From Patescibacteria group bacterium (GTDB lineage: Bacteria; Patescibacteriota; Minisyncoccia; Minisyncoccales; RBG-13-36-15): a DNA stretch of 59,268 nucleotides. The position numbers and the translations under genes are program-made. Positions 18,390 through 28,666 of this stretch are shown here, one piece after another. The stretch is taken from the NCBI GenBank assembly GCA_022574775.1, contig JACZRI010000004.1, positions 1 to 59,268 on the forward strand, read 5' to 3'. Position 1 is the stretch's first letter, and each line of letters begins with the position of its first letter. The notes beneath the pieces were generated by a model. That model saw nothing but the letters and a program-made list of their open reading frames with translations. It was not told the origin of the DNA and did no database searches.

Positions 18390-20801
18390 TTATCGCTTTC
18401 TCCGCAGCGCTTTTTCCTTTTTGGCGATGATTAGGGTGGTGGCAATGACTGTATCCGGGTTCAAAGAAATTGAGTCAATCCCCTGTTCAACCAAGAATTC
18501 AGCAAATTCTGGATAGGTGCTGGGCGCCTCGCCGCAAATACCGATATATTTTTTTCTTTTTTTGCAATCTGCAATCACTTTTTTAATGAGATTTTTTACA
18601 GCAGGGTTTCTTTCGTCTCCAACCTCATTAACTATTGCCGAATCTCTGCCTAATCCTAAAACTAATTGGGTTAAGTCATTAGAGCCAATACTCATACCGT
18701 CAAAAATGTCTAAAAACTGATCGGCCAAAATTATATTTGAAGGAATTTCACACATCATATAAACTTTCAAGCCATCTTTTCCGCTTTTTAACCCATATTC
18801 TTTCATTAATTTTAACACTTTTTCTCCTTCCTCAACAGTCCTGCAAAACGGAATCATTACCAAGAGATTTTTTAATCCGAACTTTTCCCTCACTTTTTTT
18901 ATCGCCTCACATTCCATCTTAAATGCCGGCTTAAACTTTTTATCGTAATATCTTGATGCTCCACGCCAGCCAAGCATCGGGTTTGCTTCAACCGGTTCGA
19001 AAAGTTCTCCGCCAATCAGTTCGCTGTATTCATTTGTTTTAAAGTCAGAAAATCTGATAATCACAGGTTTTGGATAAAAGGCTGCTGCAATCTTGGCTAT
19101 TCCCTGCGAAAGTTTGTCAATATAATAATCTTTTTTGTCATCATACCCGATTGTAAGCTTTGAAATTTTGTTTTTTAGCTTTTTATCCTTTAGCTTTTCA
19201 AAATGGTAAAGCGCTAAAGGATGGATTTGTATTTTGGAAGCAATGATAAATTCTTCTCTGGCCAATCCTATCCCAGAATTTGGCAGAAAAGATTTTGCAA
19301 AAGCAGAGTCCGGGTGTCCGATATTCATCATAATCTCTGTTTTTGTCTTCGGGATTTTTTTGAGATTATATTTTCTAATTTCAAATTCTAGCTTTCCAGA
19401 GAGAATTCTTCCGTTCTGTCCTTCGGAACAATCTACGGTAATCATTTTGCCGGTTTTTAAAACTTTGGTTGCATTTTGTGTTCCCACAACTGCCGGAATT
19501 CCAAGCTCGCGAGATATAATTGCCGCATGACTGGTACGAGAACCAGAATCGGTAATGATGGCTTTGGCAATTTTCATTATCGGTTCCCAATCAGGGTCAG
19601 TGATTTTGGTAACCAAGATCTCTCCAGGCTTGAACTGTCTTATTTTTGAAGCATCAGAAATCACTCTTGTTTTTCCAGAGGCTATTTTTGAGCCTATTGC
19701 TTCTCCTTCCAAAATAAGCTTCCCTTTTTCCTTTAAAACATACTGGCTGAAGCTTGTAATCTCTTTTGTGGCATGAATAGTTTCAGGCCTTGCCTGCACA
19801 ATAAATAACTGGTTTAATTTCCCGTCTTTTGCCCACTCAATATCTTGAGGCATCCACCTCTTCATCTTTTTTGAATAATGACTTTCAATAATTGTGCCCC
19901 ATTTCGCTAATTTTAAAATTTCTTTATCTGATAAGGTGAACTTGTTTCTATTTGCGTGGGAGACTGAAGTGATCTTTGTCTCTTTCTTGGAATAAATCAG
20001 TTTTTTCCTTTTTGTTCCTAAATCTTTAGAAATTATGGGAGCAAAGCCTTTCTTTAAGGTCGGCTTGAAAACCAAAAATTCATCAGCAATGACTTTTCCT
20101 TTTACAATCATTTCTCCCAATCCCCAGGCGCTGTTAATAAGAACAATATCCTTAAATCCTGTCTCTGTGTCTAAGGTAAACATTACTCCAGCTGAAGCTA
20201 AATCTGATCTCACCATTTTTTGAACTCCGACTGATAAAGCTACCTTGAAATGATCAAAGCCTTTCTCTTCCCGATAAGAAATAGCCCGGTCATTAAACAA
20301 AGAAGCTATGCATTTTTTGACAGCCTCTAATAATTCTTCCTTTCCCTTGATGTTTAAATAACTCTCGTGCAGGCCAGCAAAGGAGGCTTTGGGAAGATCT
20401 TCAGCTGTTGCAGAACTTCTTACTGCTACATCTATGCCTTTTTGCTCTCCATATTCTTTACTCAATCTTCTGTAAGCTTTTATTATTTCTTTCTTGAAGT
20501 CTTCTGAAAATTCAGCTTTTAAGATTAAACTTCTTGCTTCTTTCCCAACTTTTTGCAAACTTCTTATATTATGGACATTAAGCGTTTTAAAAACTTCTTT
20601 TAGCCTTGGTAAGATTTTATTCTTCTTTAAGAAATATTGATAAGAATATGACGTGGTACAAAATCCATTGGGAATATTAATTCCTTTTTTTTGCAATTGT
20701 GAAAACATTTCTCCCAGAGAGGCATTTTTTCCTCCAACCAAAGCAACATCTTTTGAGCTAATCTCTTTGAACCATAAGATATCTTTTTTAGATTTTTCCA
20801 T
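18390..20801 (-). CDS. ppsA: Phosphoenolpyruvate synthase
   Basis: GGKNASLGE, VRSSATAED, TSHAAI, EANPMLGWRG, SIGSNDLTQ. Confidence 0.97.
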   Translation of the reverse strand: MEKSKKDILWFKEISSKDVALVGGKNASLGEMFSQLQKKGINIPNGFCTTSYSYQYFLKKNKILPRLKEVFKTLNVHNIRSLQKVGKEARSLILKAEFSEDFKKEIIKAYRRLSKEYGEQKGIDVAVRSSATAEDLPKASFAGLHESYLNIKGKEELLEAVKKCIASLFNDRAISYREEKGFDHFKVALSVGVQKMVRSDLASAGVMFTLDTETGFKDIVLINSAWGLGEMIVKGKVIADEFLVFKPTLKKGFAPIISKDLGTKRKKLIYSKKETKITSVSHANRNKFTLSDKEILKLAKWGTIIESHYSKKMKRWMPQDIEWAKDGKLNQLFIVQARPETIHATKEITSFSQYVLKEKGKLILEGEAIGSKIASGKTRVISDASKIRQFKPGEILVTKITDPDWEPIMKIAKAIITDSGSRTSHAAIISRELGIPAVVGTQNATKVLKTGKMITVDCSEGQNGRILSGKLEFEIRKYNLKKIPKTKTEIMMNIGHPDSAFAKSFLPNSGIGLAREEFIIASKIQIHPLALYHFEKLKDKKLKNKISKLTIGYDDKKDYYIDKLSQGIAKIAAAFYPKPVIIRFSDFKTNEYSELIGGELFEPVEANPMLGWRGASRYYDKKFKPAFKMECEAIKKVREKFGLKNLLVMIPFCRTVEEGEKVLKLMKEYGLKSGKDGLKVYMMCEIPSNIILADQFLDIFDGMSIGSNDLTQLVLGLGRDSAIVNEVGDERNPAVKNLIKKVIADCKKRKKYIGICGEAPSTYPEFAEFLVEQGIDSISLNPDTVIATTLIIAKKEKALRRKR

Positions 20802-20829
20802 TTTAAATTAATAAATGAATTTTCATCCT

Positions 20830-21324
20830 TTATTCACATGTATGAACTCGTCCGAAGGAAGAACAGATAGGGTTATTATCATACTGGGCAGACCTAAGCT
20901 TATAATCTACACACCACCATTCCCCAGAATTCAATTGAACCTCAGCACAATACTTGAGATTACCAGAAGATCTGTTGATAGACACTGTACTTCCCTGGTC
21001 ACTAATATCATTGCAGAGCGCTACGATATTACTATCAGGATCAAATCCACCACATCTTACAGTACCGTAATCGCCATCGCCAGAAAAGATAAGTTCAGCT
21101 GTGTTCCGAATCTGATGCATATTAACCATAATTTTTGCATCTTTTGCTCTATCTCTTGCTCCACCCAAAGCTACCAATACAATACCAGCTAAAATACCGA
21201 TAATAGCAATAACCACCAAAAGCTCAATAAGGGTAAACCCCGTTAAAGGTTTGATTGTTTTACGCTTCTCCTTTGCCTTTGTAACCCATAAGGGGATAAT
21301 AAAGTTTCTCCCTATTCTTTTCAT
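20830..21324 (-). CDS. Type IV pilin-like protein (start uncertain)
   Basis: GFTLIELLVVIAIIGIL; C-terminal YC..WCVD. Confidence 0.9.
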   Translation of the reverse strand: MKRIGRNFIIPLWVTKAKEKRKTIKPLTGFTLIELLVVIAIIGILAGIVLVALGGARDRAKDAKIMVNMHQIRNTAELIFSGDGDYGTVRCGGFDPDSNIVALCNDISDQGSTVSINRSSGNLKYCAEVQLNSGEWWCVDYKLRSAQYDNNPICSSFGRVHTCE

Positions 21325-23270
21325 TTCGCAATTATTTCCTTGATTTTTTTGACGCTTTCAGGGTTGGCCAGAGTGGAAAGATCGCCCAATTCTTCCCCAG
21401 TGAACAATTTTCTTAAAATTCGGCGCATTATTTTACCACTACGAGTTTTTGGAAGATCTGGTACTACATAGACTTTTTTTGGCAAAGCAATGGGGCCGAT
21501 TACTTTTCTTATTTCTTCTTTTACTTCTTTTTCTATGTCTTTTTCTTTCTTTTTTTCTTTTGAAACTACAAAGGCTACCGGCACCTCTCCTTTAATTTCA
21601 TCATGTACCCCAACGACTGCAGATTCTGTAATGTCTGGGTGTTGGGCAATGGCATTTTCAAGCTCCCCTGTTGTTATCCGATGGCCAGCTACTTTAATCA
21701 CATCATCCACTCTTCCCACAATTCTGATCAAACCATTTTTGTCTTTATAAGCGGTGTCTGAAGTAAAATATATTTTATTTCCGTATTCCGACCAATAAGT
21801 TTTCAAATATTTTTTTGGATTTTTATAAACTCCTCTCAATAAACTTGGGGCAAAAGGCGGTAAGAGCACTAAATTTCCTTCTTTGCCAGCTGGGAGAGAT
21901 TTGCCTTTATCATCTAAAATATCAAATTTGAGTCCTGGGAAAGGAATACCCGTAAAAGCTGGCTTGAAAGGCCCTATTCCGGGAAGCGATGTAATTAAAA
22001 TACCGCCTGTTTCGGTCTGCCACCAAGTATCAACGATGGGGCATCTTTCTTTTCCAACTTTTTTGAAATACCATTTCCAGGCAGCCGTATCTATTGGTTC
22101 CCCTACTGATCCTAAGATTTGCAGCGTGTCAAATTTGTATTTTTTTATAAGATCTGCCCCGTACTTTTCAAACATCCTGATTGCCGTAGGGGCTGTATAG
22201 AAAGTAGTAACTCCATACTTTTCGATGATTTGAGCCCATCTGTCAGGAGCTGGCCAGTCTGGCGCTCCTTCAAAAATCACAAATGTGGTTCCAGCCAGTA
22301 ATGGTCCGTAACAACTATAAGTATGTCCTGTAACCCAACCCACATCAGCCATTGACCAGAAAATATCATCTTCTTTTAAATCAAAAATCCATTTTGCGGT
22401 AAAGTTCGCCTGCACCATATATCCTCCGGAAGTATGAACTACTCCTTTTGGCTTTCCAGTCGAGCCCGAAGTATAGAGAATAAATAAAGTATCTTCGCTG
22501 TCCATTGTTGCTGGAGGACAAAAATCTTTTTCATTTTTTACTAACTCTTCCCACCAAAAATCACGATTTTTCTGCCAGAAAACTTCGTTTCCGGTTCTTC
22601 TCACCACAATTATTTTCTTAACTTCCGTCCCATTAACCCCTTTATCTGCATTTTGTTTTAAATTTATAACTTTTCCTCTTCTGTAATAACCATCGGATGT
22701 AATTAAAATTTTTGCTTTTGTGTCTTGAAGCCTGATATTCAAAGCCTGGGAAGAGAAGGCAGAAAACACTACCACGTGAATAGCCCCAATTCTTGCGCAA
22801 GCCAACATTGAAATTATCACTTCAGGAATCATTGGCAGATAAATTCCTACCCTATCCCCTTTTTTTACTCCTAATTTTTTAAGAGCGTTTGCAAGTTTAT
22901 TAACTTCTCTATATAAATCATAATACGTGAAATATCTTTCTCTTTCTCCGGTTGGTTCTGGCTCCCAAATAAAAGCTACTTTGTTTTTTTTCTTTTCTAA
23001 ATTGCGGTCTAAGCAGTTTTCAGTAATATTTAATTTTCCGCCAACAAACCATTTAAAATAAGGAGGGTTATGCAAAAATGCTTTTTTCCATTTTTTTTGC
23101 CAGAAAAGCTCTTTAGCCAACTTTTCCCAAAATTTGATTGGGTTCTTGGCTGCTTCTAGATAAATTTTCGAACTATTCAATAAAGCTCTTTTCTTGAATT
23201 CTTTTGTCGGATAATACAAATTACCTTTTTTGATAAGTTTTGATTTATTCATAAATTTAGGTTGTTGCAT
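21321..23270 (-). CDS. acs: AMP-forming acetyl-CoA synthetase
   Basis: YTSGSTGKPKG, DTWWQTETGG, PKTRSGKIMRR. Confidence 0.96.
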   Translation of the reverse strand: MQQPKFMNKSKLIKKGNLYYPTKEFKKRALLNSSKIYLEAAKNPIKFWEKLAKELFWQKKWKKAFLHNPPYFKWFVGGKLNITENCLDRNLEKKKNKVAFIWEPEPTGERERYFTYYDLYREVNKLANALKKLGVKKGDRVGIYLPMIPEVIISMLACARIGAIHVVVFSAFSSQALNIRLQDTKAKILITSDGYYRRGKVINLKQNADKGVNGTEVKKIIVVRRTGNEVFWQKNRDFWWEELVKNEKDFCPPATMDSEDTLFILYTSGSTGKPKGVVHTSGGYMVQANFTAKWIFDLKEDDIFWSMADVGWVTGHTYSCYGPLLAGTTFVIFEGAPDWPAPDRWAQIIEKYGVTTFYTAPTAIRMFEKYGADLIKKYKFDTLQILGSVGEPIDTAAWKWYFKKVGKERCPIVDTWWQTETGGILITSLPGIGPFKPAFTGIPFPGLKFDILDDKGKSLPAGKEGNLVLLPPFAPSLLRGVYKNPKKYLKTYWSEYGNKIYFTSDTAYKDKNGLIRIVGRVDDVIKVAGHRITTGELENAIAQHPDITESAVVGVHDEIKGEVPVAFVVSKEKKKEKDIEKEVKEEIRKVIGPIALPKKVYVVPDLPKTRSGKIMRRILRKLFTGEELGDLSTLANPESVKKIKEIIAK

Positions 23271-23341
23271 AATTTCTGATTCAACTTTATTATACCAACT
23301 CTATATGAATTTAAAAAGTGGAAAGTCACACCATAAATAAA

Positions 23342-23362
23342 TAGCGGGAATTGTTCCCGCTA
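23342..23362. repeat. Palindrome copy 2
   Basis: TAGCGGGAATTGTTCCCGCTA. Confidence 0.7.
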
Positions 23363-23422
23363 CATTAACTTTATTGACTGGGAAAATACTCTTAGCTGTG
23401 GTTCTTGATTTAGGTGAATATC

Positions 23423-23872
23423 CTACTCGCAAAAATAATAAGGAAAAGGATTCCTGGTGCAGGCAGGACTTGAAGTATATTCCTGTGATTTTAAAATACT
23501 ATCTACGCACCAGAATTTATCGGAATTTAACTTTACTTTCGCGCAATAAACAAGATTAGACGCACTACTATGAATTAAGATCTGCCCTGGGGGAGATTCC
23601 TGGGAAAGGATATCTTTGCAAATGGTCTCAATATCTGAATTAGGGCAATCACACTGAGGAGAAGGAGGTGGCTTACAACCCACATTCCTATAATCTCCAT
23701 CTTCCAGAAAAAGAATTTCAGCTACGGATATCAATTGAATCATGCCAGCAATAATTCTCACATCTTTTGCTCTATTTTTGGCTCCACTTAAGGCTACTAA
23801 AACAATTCCTGATAAAATACCAATGATGGCAATGACTACTAAAAGCTCGATGAGGGTAAAGCCCTTACGCAT
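23423..23872 (-). CDS. Type IV pilin-like protein, paralog of 20830-21324
   Basis: MRKGFTLIELLVVIAIIGIL; YCAKVKLNS..WCVD. Confidence 0.92.
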   Translation of the reverse strand: MRKGFTLIELLVVIAIIGILSGIVLVALSGAKNRAKDVRIIAGMIQLISVAEILFLEDGDYRNVGCKPPPSPQCDCPNSDIETICKDILSQESPPGQILIHSSASNLVYCAKVKLNSDKFWCVDSILKSQEYTSSPACTRNPFPYYFCE

Positions 23873-23918
23873 TAAGTTTATTATATCTTAAACAAGAAGT
23901 TAAAACAAAATAAAAAAA

Positions 23919-23933
23919 CGGGAACTGTTCCCG
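23919..23933. repeat. Palindrome copy 3
   Basis: CGGGAACTGTTCCCG. Confidence 0.7.
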
Positions 23934-23966
23934 GCTATATTAATTTAAATCTTTCTAAATAAAGAA

Positions 23967-24974
23967 TTATAGTTTTTTTCCAACATATTCTGTGAATTCT
24001 GCAAGCCTGCAAGCATAAGCCCATTCGTTATCATACCATGCAACAATTTTTACTAAGTTGTCTTTTACCATAGTCAAAGAACTGTCAATAATGGCAGAAA
24101 ATGAATTTCCAACGTAATCAGAGGAAACTAATTGAGCGTCTTCTACTCCTAAGATTCCCTCAAGATTTTTGGTTTTAGAAGCTTGTTTGAACACATAATT
24201 TACTTCTTCAGCCGTAGTTTTTTTCTCCACTTCACAAATTAAATCCAAAATCGAAACACTCGGACTGGGAATTCGAAAAGCAATGCCGTCCAACTTTCCG
24301 TCAATTTCGGGGATAATTTTGCCAATGGCTTTTGCAGCTCCTGTACTCGTTGGAATAATATTTATGGCAGCTGCCCTGCCTCTTCTTAAATCTTTGTGAG
24401 GCAAATCCAAAATTTTTTGATCATTAGTATAACTGTGGCAGGTAGTCATAAAACCTTTAACTATTTTAAAATTGTCGTTCAAAACTTTACTTACTGGGGC
24501 CAAACAATTAGTTGTGCAAGAAGCCATTGATATTATATTATCCGTTTTTGAGTTATATGTTTCCTCGTTAACTCCTAAGACAAACATTTTTACCTCTGGA
24601 CTTTTGCATGGAGCAGAAATTATTACTTTCTTAACTCCAGCTGATAAATGTTTTTTTGCGCCTTCGTAATCAGTAAAACGGCCAGTACATTCCAAAACAA
24701 TATCTATTCCAAACTCCTTCCAGGGAAGTTTCGCAGGATCTGTTTTTGCCAAAACCTTAATTTCCTTTCTATTAATTAAAATAGAATTTTCAGTAGAATC
24801 TACTTGTTTATCGTAAATTCCATACACAGAATCATATCTTAGCAAATGAGCTAATGTTTTGGTGTCTGTCAAGTCATTAATTACAACTACGTCCAAATCC
24901 GGATGGTCTTTTAAAATTTTCTTGAACGTTGGCCGTCCGATCCTTCCAAAACCATTGATTGCAATTTTTACCAT
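23967..24974 (-). CDS. gap: Type I glyceraldehyde-3-phosphate dehydrogenase
   Basis: INGFGRIGR, ASCTTNCL, WYDNEW. Confidence 0.98.
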   Translation of the reverse strand: MVKIAINGFGRIGRPTFKKILKDHPDLDVVVINDLTDTKTLAHLLRYDSVYGIYDKQVDSTENSILINRKEIKVLAKTDPAKLPWKEFGIDIVLECTGRFTDYEGAKKHLSAGVKKVIISAPCKSPEVKMFVLGVNEETYNSKTDNIISMASCTTNCLAPVSKVLNDNFKIVKGFMTTCHSYTNDQKILDLPHKDLRRGRAAAINIIPTSTGAAKAIGKIIPEIDGKLDGIAFRIPSPSVSILDLICEVEKKTTAEEVNYVFKQASKTKNLEGILGVEDAQLVSSDYVGNSFSAIIDSSLTMVKDNLVKIVAWYDNEWAYACRLAEFTEYVGKKL

Positions 24975-24986
24975 AATTTCTTTAAA

Positions 24987-25220
24987 TTACTCTTTAATAT
25001 TTAAAAGCTCGGAAATTTTGTTCTTATCAAATCCTACTATGATTTGGCCGTCAATTTCAGTGACAGGCACTCCCATCTGACCTGATTTTTGAACCATTTC
25101 TTCCAAAGCCTTTTTATCTTCACCGACATTAATATCTTCAAACTCAATATTATGTTCTGTTAAGAACTTTTTTAGAGTGATGCAATAAACACAGGTAGGA
25201 GTTGAAAAAATTTTAACCAT
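24987..25220 (-). CDS. Glutaredoxin/NrdH-like redoxin
   Basis: TPTCVYC, GVPV, GFD. Confidence 0.92.
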   Translation of the reverse strand: MVKIFSTPTCVYCITLKKFLTEHNIEFEDINVGEDKKALEEMVQKSGQMGVPVTEIDGQIIVGFDKNKISELLNIKE

Positions 25221-25280
25221 ATTTTTATTATTTAGCCTTTAATATATTTTACCATATATTCTTTCTTGCAACAAAATCTA

Positions 25281-26477
25281 TTATTTTGCCAGAGTCAAAA
25301 TTTTCGGCATCACATTTAACCCTTTCATTTTTCCAAATCCACCCTTTTTACACGCTCTTTCTCCAAATTCTCGAACTTTATCTTTTTCTTTACCATAGAC
25401 TAAAATTGGCACAGGCTCCAAACAATGACCCTTAATAAGGGAACAAGTGGCATGATCCCCTGTAATAATAATTAAGGTATTTTTTAAATTTTTTAAAATA
25501 TTTAAATTCCTGTCAATTTTCTCAATAAATTTCTTTTTCCCAAGGAAATTCCCGTCTTCTCCAAAGCTATCCACAGCTTTTATATGACAAAAAATAAAAT
25601 CGTATTTTCCTAAAGATTTTTTGACAGCCAGAAATTTCCTTTTTAAGTCAGTATTAGCGAAACCAGTAGCTCCTTTAACATTTATCAATGTCATTCCCAG
25701 AATCCTTCCTATTCCTTTATATAGCGTGCCTCCCGCAACACAACAAGCCTTCAATTTATATTTCTGATAAAAACTGATTGTTCTTCTAAATTTCCCTGCC
25801 CCCCTGAGTAATAAATAGTTTGCCGGCAGCTTATTTTCTTTTATTCTTTTTTTATTTAATGTATGATTTTTTAAAGTCTGATGAGCCTTGCTTAAAAATT
25901 CATTTAAAACTTTTGCTGTAAATCTAGCCCCATTGGATTTATTTCTTGGAATTATTTTCTTAATCTGTACCCCAATTTTATGGGGATCGGAATCTGAAAT
26001 TTTATCAGAAAGATTTTTTCCGCGTAAAATTACCACTGCCCGATGGCCAAAAGATTTCTTTACCAAAAATTTAATCCCGCCAATTGTTATTCCGTTAAGA
26101 GTTTTTATCAAAGATTCAGTCTCTGTTATTCTCCCTGCCCTTCTGTCAATTACCTTAAGCTTTCTATCTACCGTAGCAAAATTTGCCCTGAGGGTTACAT
26201 CTCCCTTTTTTAAATCAAAGCTAATTCCAGCTGCCTCATATGGCCCTCTGCCTAAATAATAAGTTTTTGGATTATAGCCGAATAAAGCTAAATGAGCTGT
26301 GTCTGAGCGAGGATATTTTTGCCAGGGAAAATAAAAAGGGTTTACCAGACCACACATTCCATTTTTAGCCAAAAAATCTAAGTTTGGTGTTTTCGCGGCC
26401 TCTAGCGGAGTTTTGTTATGTAATTCAGGAATGGATCTATCACCAAGCCCATCAATAATAAGCAAAACGATCTTCAT
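25281..26477 (-). CDS. apgM: Archaeal-type 2,3-BPG-independent phosphoglycerate mutase
   Basis: DGLGD, TPLEAAKTPNLD, SDTAH, GRGPYEAAG, TGDH. Confidence 0.93.
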   Translation of the reverse strand: MKIVLLIIDGLGDRSIPELHNKTPLEAAKTPNLDFLAKNGMCGLVNPFYFPWQKYPRSDTAHLALFGYNPKTYYLGRGPYEAAGISFDLKKGDVTLRANFATVDRKLKVIDRRAGRITETESLIKTLNGITIGGIKFLVKKSFGHRAVVILRGKNLSDKISDSDPHKIGVQIKKIIPRNKSNGARFTAKVLNEFLSKAHQTLKNHTLNKKRIKENKLPANYLLLRGAGKFRRTISFYQKYKLKACCVAGGTLYKGIGRILGMTLINVKGATGFANTDLKRKFLAVKKSLGKYDFIFCHIKAVDSFGEDGNFLGKKKFIEKIDRNLNILKNLKNTLIIITGDHATCSLIKGHCLEPVPILVYGKEKDKVREFGERACKKGGFGKMKGLNVMPKILTLAK

Positions 26478-26510
26478 TTTAGGAATTAGATATTAAAAAT
26501 TAGAAATTAT

Positions 26511-27758
26511 TTATATTTCTTCTTCAATTTTCAATAGCCTATCATATTTTGCCATTCTCTCTTTTTTCTCTCTGATTGGCGCGCCTGCTTTAATGAAATC
26601 AGCAGAAATTCCTACTGCAAAATCTGCAATGAAATAATCATTGGTTTCTCCGGAACGATGGGAAGCCATTATTTTCCAGTCAAAGCTTTGTGCTAATTTT
26701 GTGGCCTCTATTGTCTCAGTCACAGTTCCTATCTGATTTGGTTTAATAATGGCGGCGTTACAAAGATTTTCTTCTTTTGCTATTTTCATGCGTTCTGGAT
26801 TCGTTGTCAATAAATCATCACCAATAATTAAAACTTCAGACTTCAAACTTTCAACTTCAGACTTCAACATTTTCCATCCTTCCCAGTCATCTTCTGAAAA
26901 AGGGTCTTCAATAGCGAAAATTGGATATTTTTCAAAAAGTTTTTGATAAAAACTTGAAAGACCATTTTTCATAATATTTTCTCTATCAAATTGATAAACT
27001 CCATCTTGATAAAAAGAGGAAGCTGCTACATCAAGCAGGATTTTAACTTTTTCTTCATACCCTGCTGCTTGTATAGCTTTCAGGATTAAATCTAAGGGTT
27101 CTTTTGTATATTTTAAAGTCGGAACTGTAAAACCTCCTTCCAAGCCGACATTTATCGCTGGTTTTCCGTATTCTTTTTCAAGAATTGAACCCAATGTATG
27201 ATAAATTTCAACTCCAATTCGTAAGTGTTCTTTGAAAGAATTTCCCTTGGGGGATATCATAAATTCTTGGACTGATAATGCGTTGCCAGCATGAAGCCCT
27301 CCTTCAATAAGTAAAAAACAAGGGCTGGGGAGATTAATTGTTAAATTTGAAACCCTGGCAATATACTGATAAAGGGGTAAATTATTAGCAGAAGCTCCGG
27401 CTCGGCATACAGCTATAGATACAGGTAAAATAGCATTGGCGCCTAATTTTGATTTATTTTTTGTCCCATCAAGCTCAATTAAAATTTGGTCAATCTTTTT
27501 CTGTTCTGTCACATCTTGCCCTTGAAGTTTTTCGGCTATAACTTCATTCACATTCTTTACAGCTTTCAACACCCCTTTTCCTTGATAACGTTCCTTTCTA
27601 TCTCTTAATTCCGCTGCTTCATATTTTCCTGTTGAGGTTCCTGAAGGAACTGAAGAAAAAAAAGAACCCTGGTCAGTAATAAGTTGTACTTCAACTGTAG
27701 GTTCTCCCTTGGAATTTAAAATCTCCTTCGCTTTCAAGCTTTTTATTTTAGATTTCAT
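26511..27758 (-). CDS. eno: Enolase
   Basis: PSGTSTG, LGANA, EDPF, KPNQIG, SHRSGET. Confidence 0.96.
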   Translation of the reverse strand: MKSKIKSLKAKEILNSKGEPTVEVQLITDQGSFFSSVPSGTSTGKYEAAELRDRKERYQGKGVLKAVKNVNEVIAEKLQGQDVTEQKKIDQILIELDGTKNKSKLGANAILPVSIAVCRAGASANNLPLYQYIARVSNLTINLPSPCFLLIEGGLHAGNALSVQEFMISPKGNSFKEHLRIGVEIYHTLGSILEKEYGKPAINVGLEGGFTVPTLKYTKEPLDLILKAIQAAGYEEKVKILLDVAASSFYQDGVYQFDRENIMKNGLSSFYQKLFEKYPIFAIEDPFSEDDWEGWKMLKSEVESLKSEVLIIGDDLLTTNPERMKIAKEENLCNAAIIKPNQIGTVTETIEATKLAQSFDWKIMASHRSGETNDYFIADFAVGISADFIKAGAPIREKKERMAKYDRLLKIEEEI

Positions 27759-27761
27759 TTT

Positions 27762-28634
27762 TCATTTTAAGACCTCGGGTATTTCCTCTATTAAATCAGT
27801 GGCCGTTAGGGATTCTCCTAATTTTTTAGCTGATATTTCACCAGCTAAGCCATTAATATAGGCTGCGGCTTGCCCTGCCTCAAAAGGAGATATGCCTCGC
27901 GCAAGCAAAGCTCCTGCAATTCCTGCGAGAGTATCACCAGTTCCGCCAACAGTCAAAAAAGAGGTGCCAGTTTTATTCAAAGCCACTTCTTGTCCGTTTG
28001 AAATTATATCTATCTCTCCTTTAAGTAAAATTGTAGTTTGTAATCTTTGAGCCTCTTCCTGAACAATTTTTATTTTTTCCTCATCGGTTTTTCCAAATAC
28101 CTCTTTCCCAGTTAAAATGGAAAACTCATAACTATGAGGGGTAAATAGAAATAGTTTGCCAGAGATTATTTCTGGTTTGTTATATACAGCATGAATTGCA
28201 TCTGCATCGATTACACAGGGGATATCGACATTAGAAATTTCAGAAAGGAAATCTACGATTACTTCCTGAGTCTCTTGCGACCTTCCCATTCCACCTCCGA
28301 TAACTACCGCTGCTTTTCCTCTCGCTACTTCTTTTGCCCCTTTTGTCATTTCAAGTAAGGTGGCCAAATGTTCTTTCGTTAGCAAATCCCCTTTTAGAGG
28401 ATAAGCTGCTAAATTCGGAGTAAAGGAAGCAATAATATCTGCTGCTCGTTTTGGAGCAATAATTCTTACCATATCTACTCCCGAGTGAAAAGCAGCGAGA
28501 GAAGATAACGCAGGAGGTCCTGAATAAAATTCAGAGCCTCCAATGACGATCAATAAGCCATAATCATATTTTCTTCTTACATTTGGCCTTTTTGGATAAA
28601 TATTTTTTAGGATATCTTTTGATACTTCAATCAT
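27762..28634 (-). CDS. nnrD: ADP/ATP-dependent NAD(P)H-hydrate dehydratase
   Basis: IGGS..YSG, IDADA, TPH..EF, GGTGDTLAG. Confidence 0.92.
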   Translation of the reverse strand: MIEVSKDILKNIYPKRPNVRRKYDYGLLIVIGGSEFYSGPPALSSLAAFHSGVDMVRIIAPKRAADIIASFTPNLAAYPLKGDLLTKEHLATLLEMTKGAKEVARGKAAVVIGGGMGRSQETQEVIVDFLSEISNVDIPCVIDADAIHAVYNKPEIISGKLFLFTPHSYEFSILTGKEVFGKTDEEKIKIVQEEAQRLQTTILLKGEIDIISNGQEVALNKTGTSFLTVGGTGDTLAGIAGALLARGISPFEAGQAAAYINGLAGEISAKKLGESLTATDLIEEIPEVLK

Positions 28635-28666
28635 AAATCATACAAACATTCAAACAAATACTAAAT

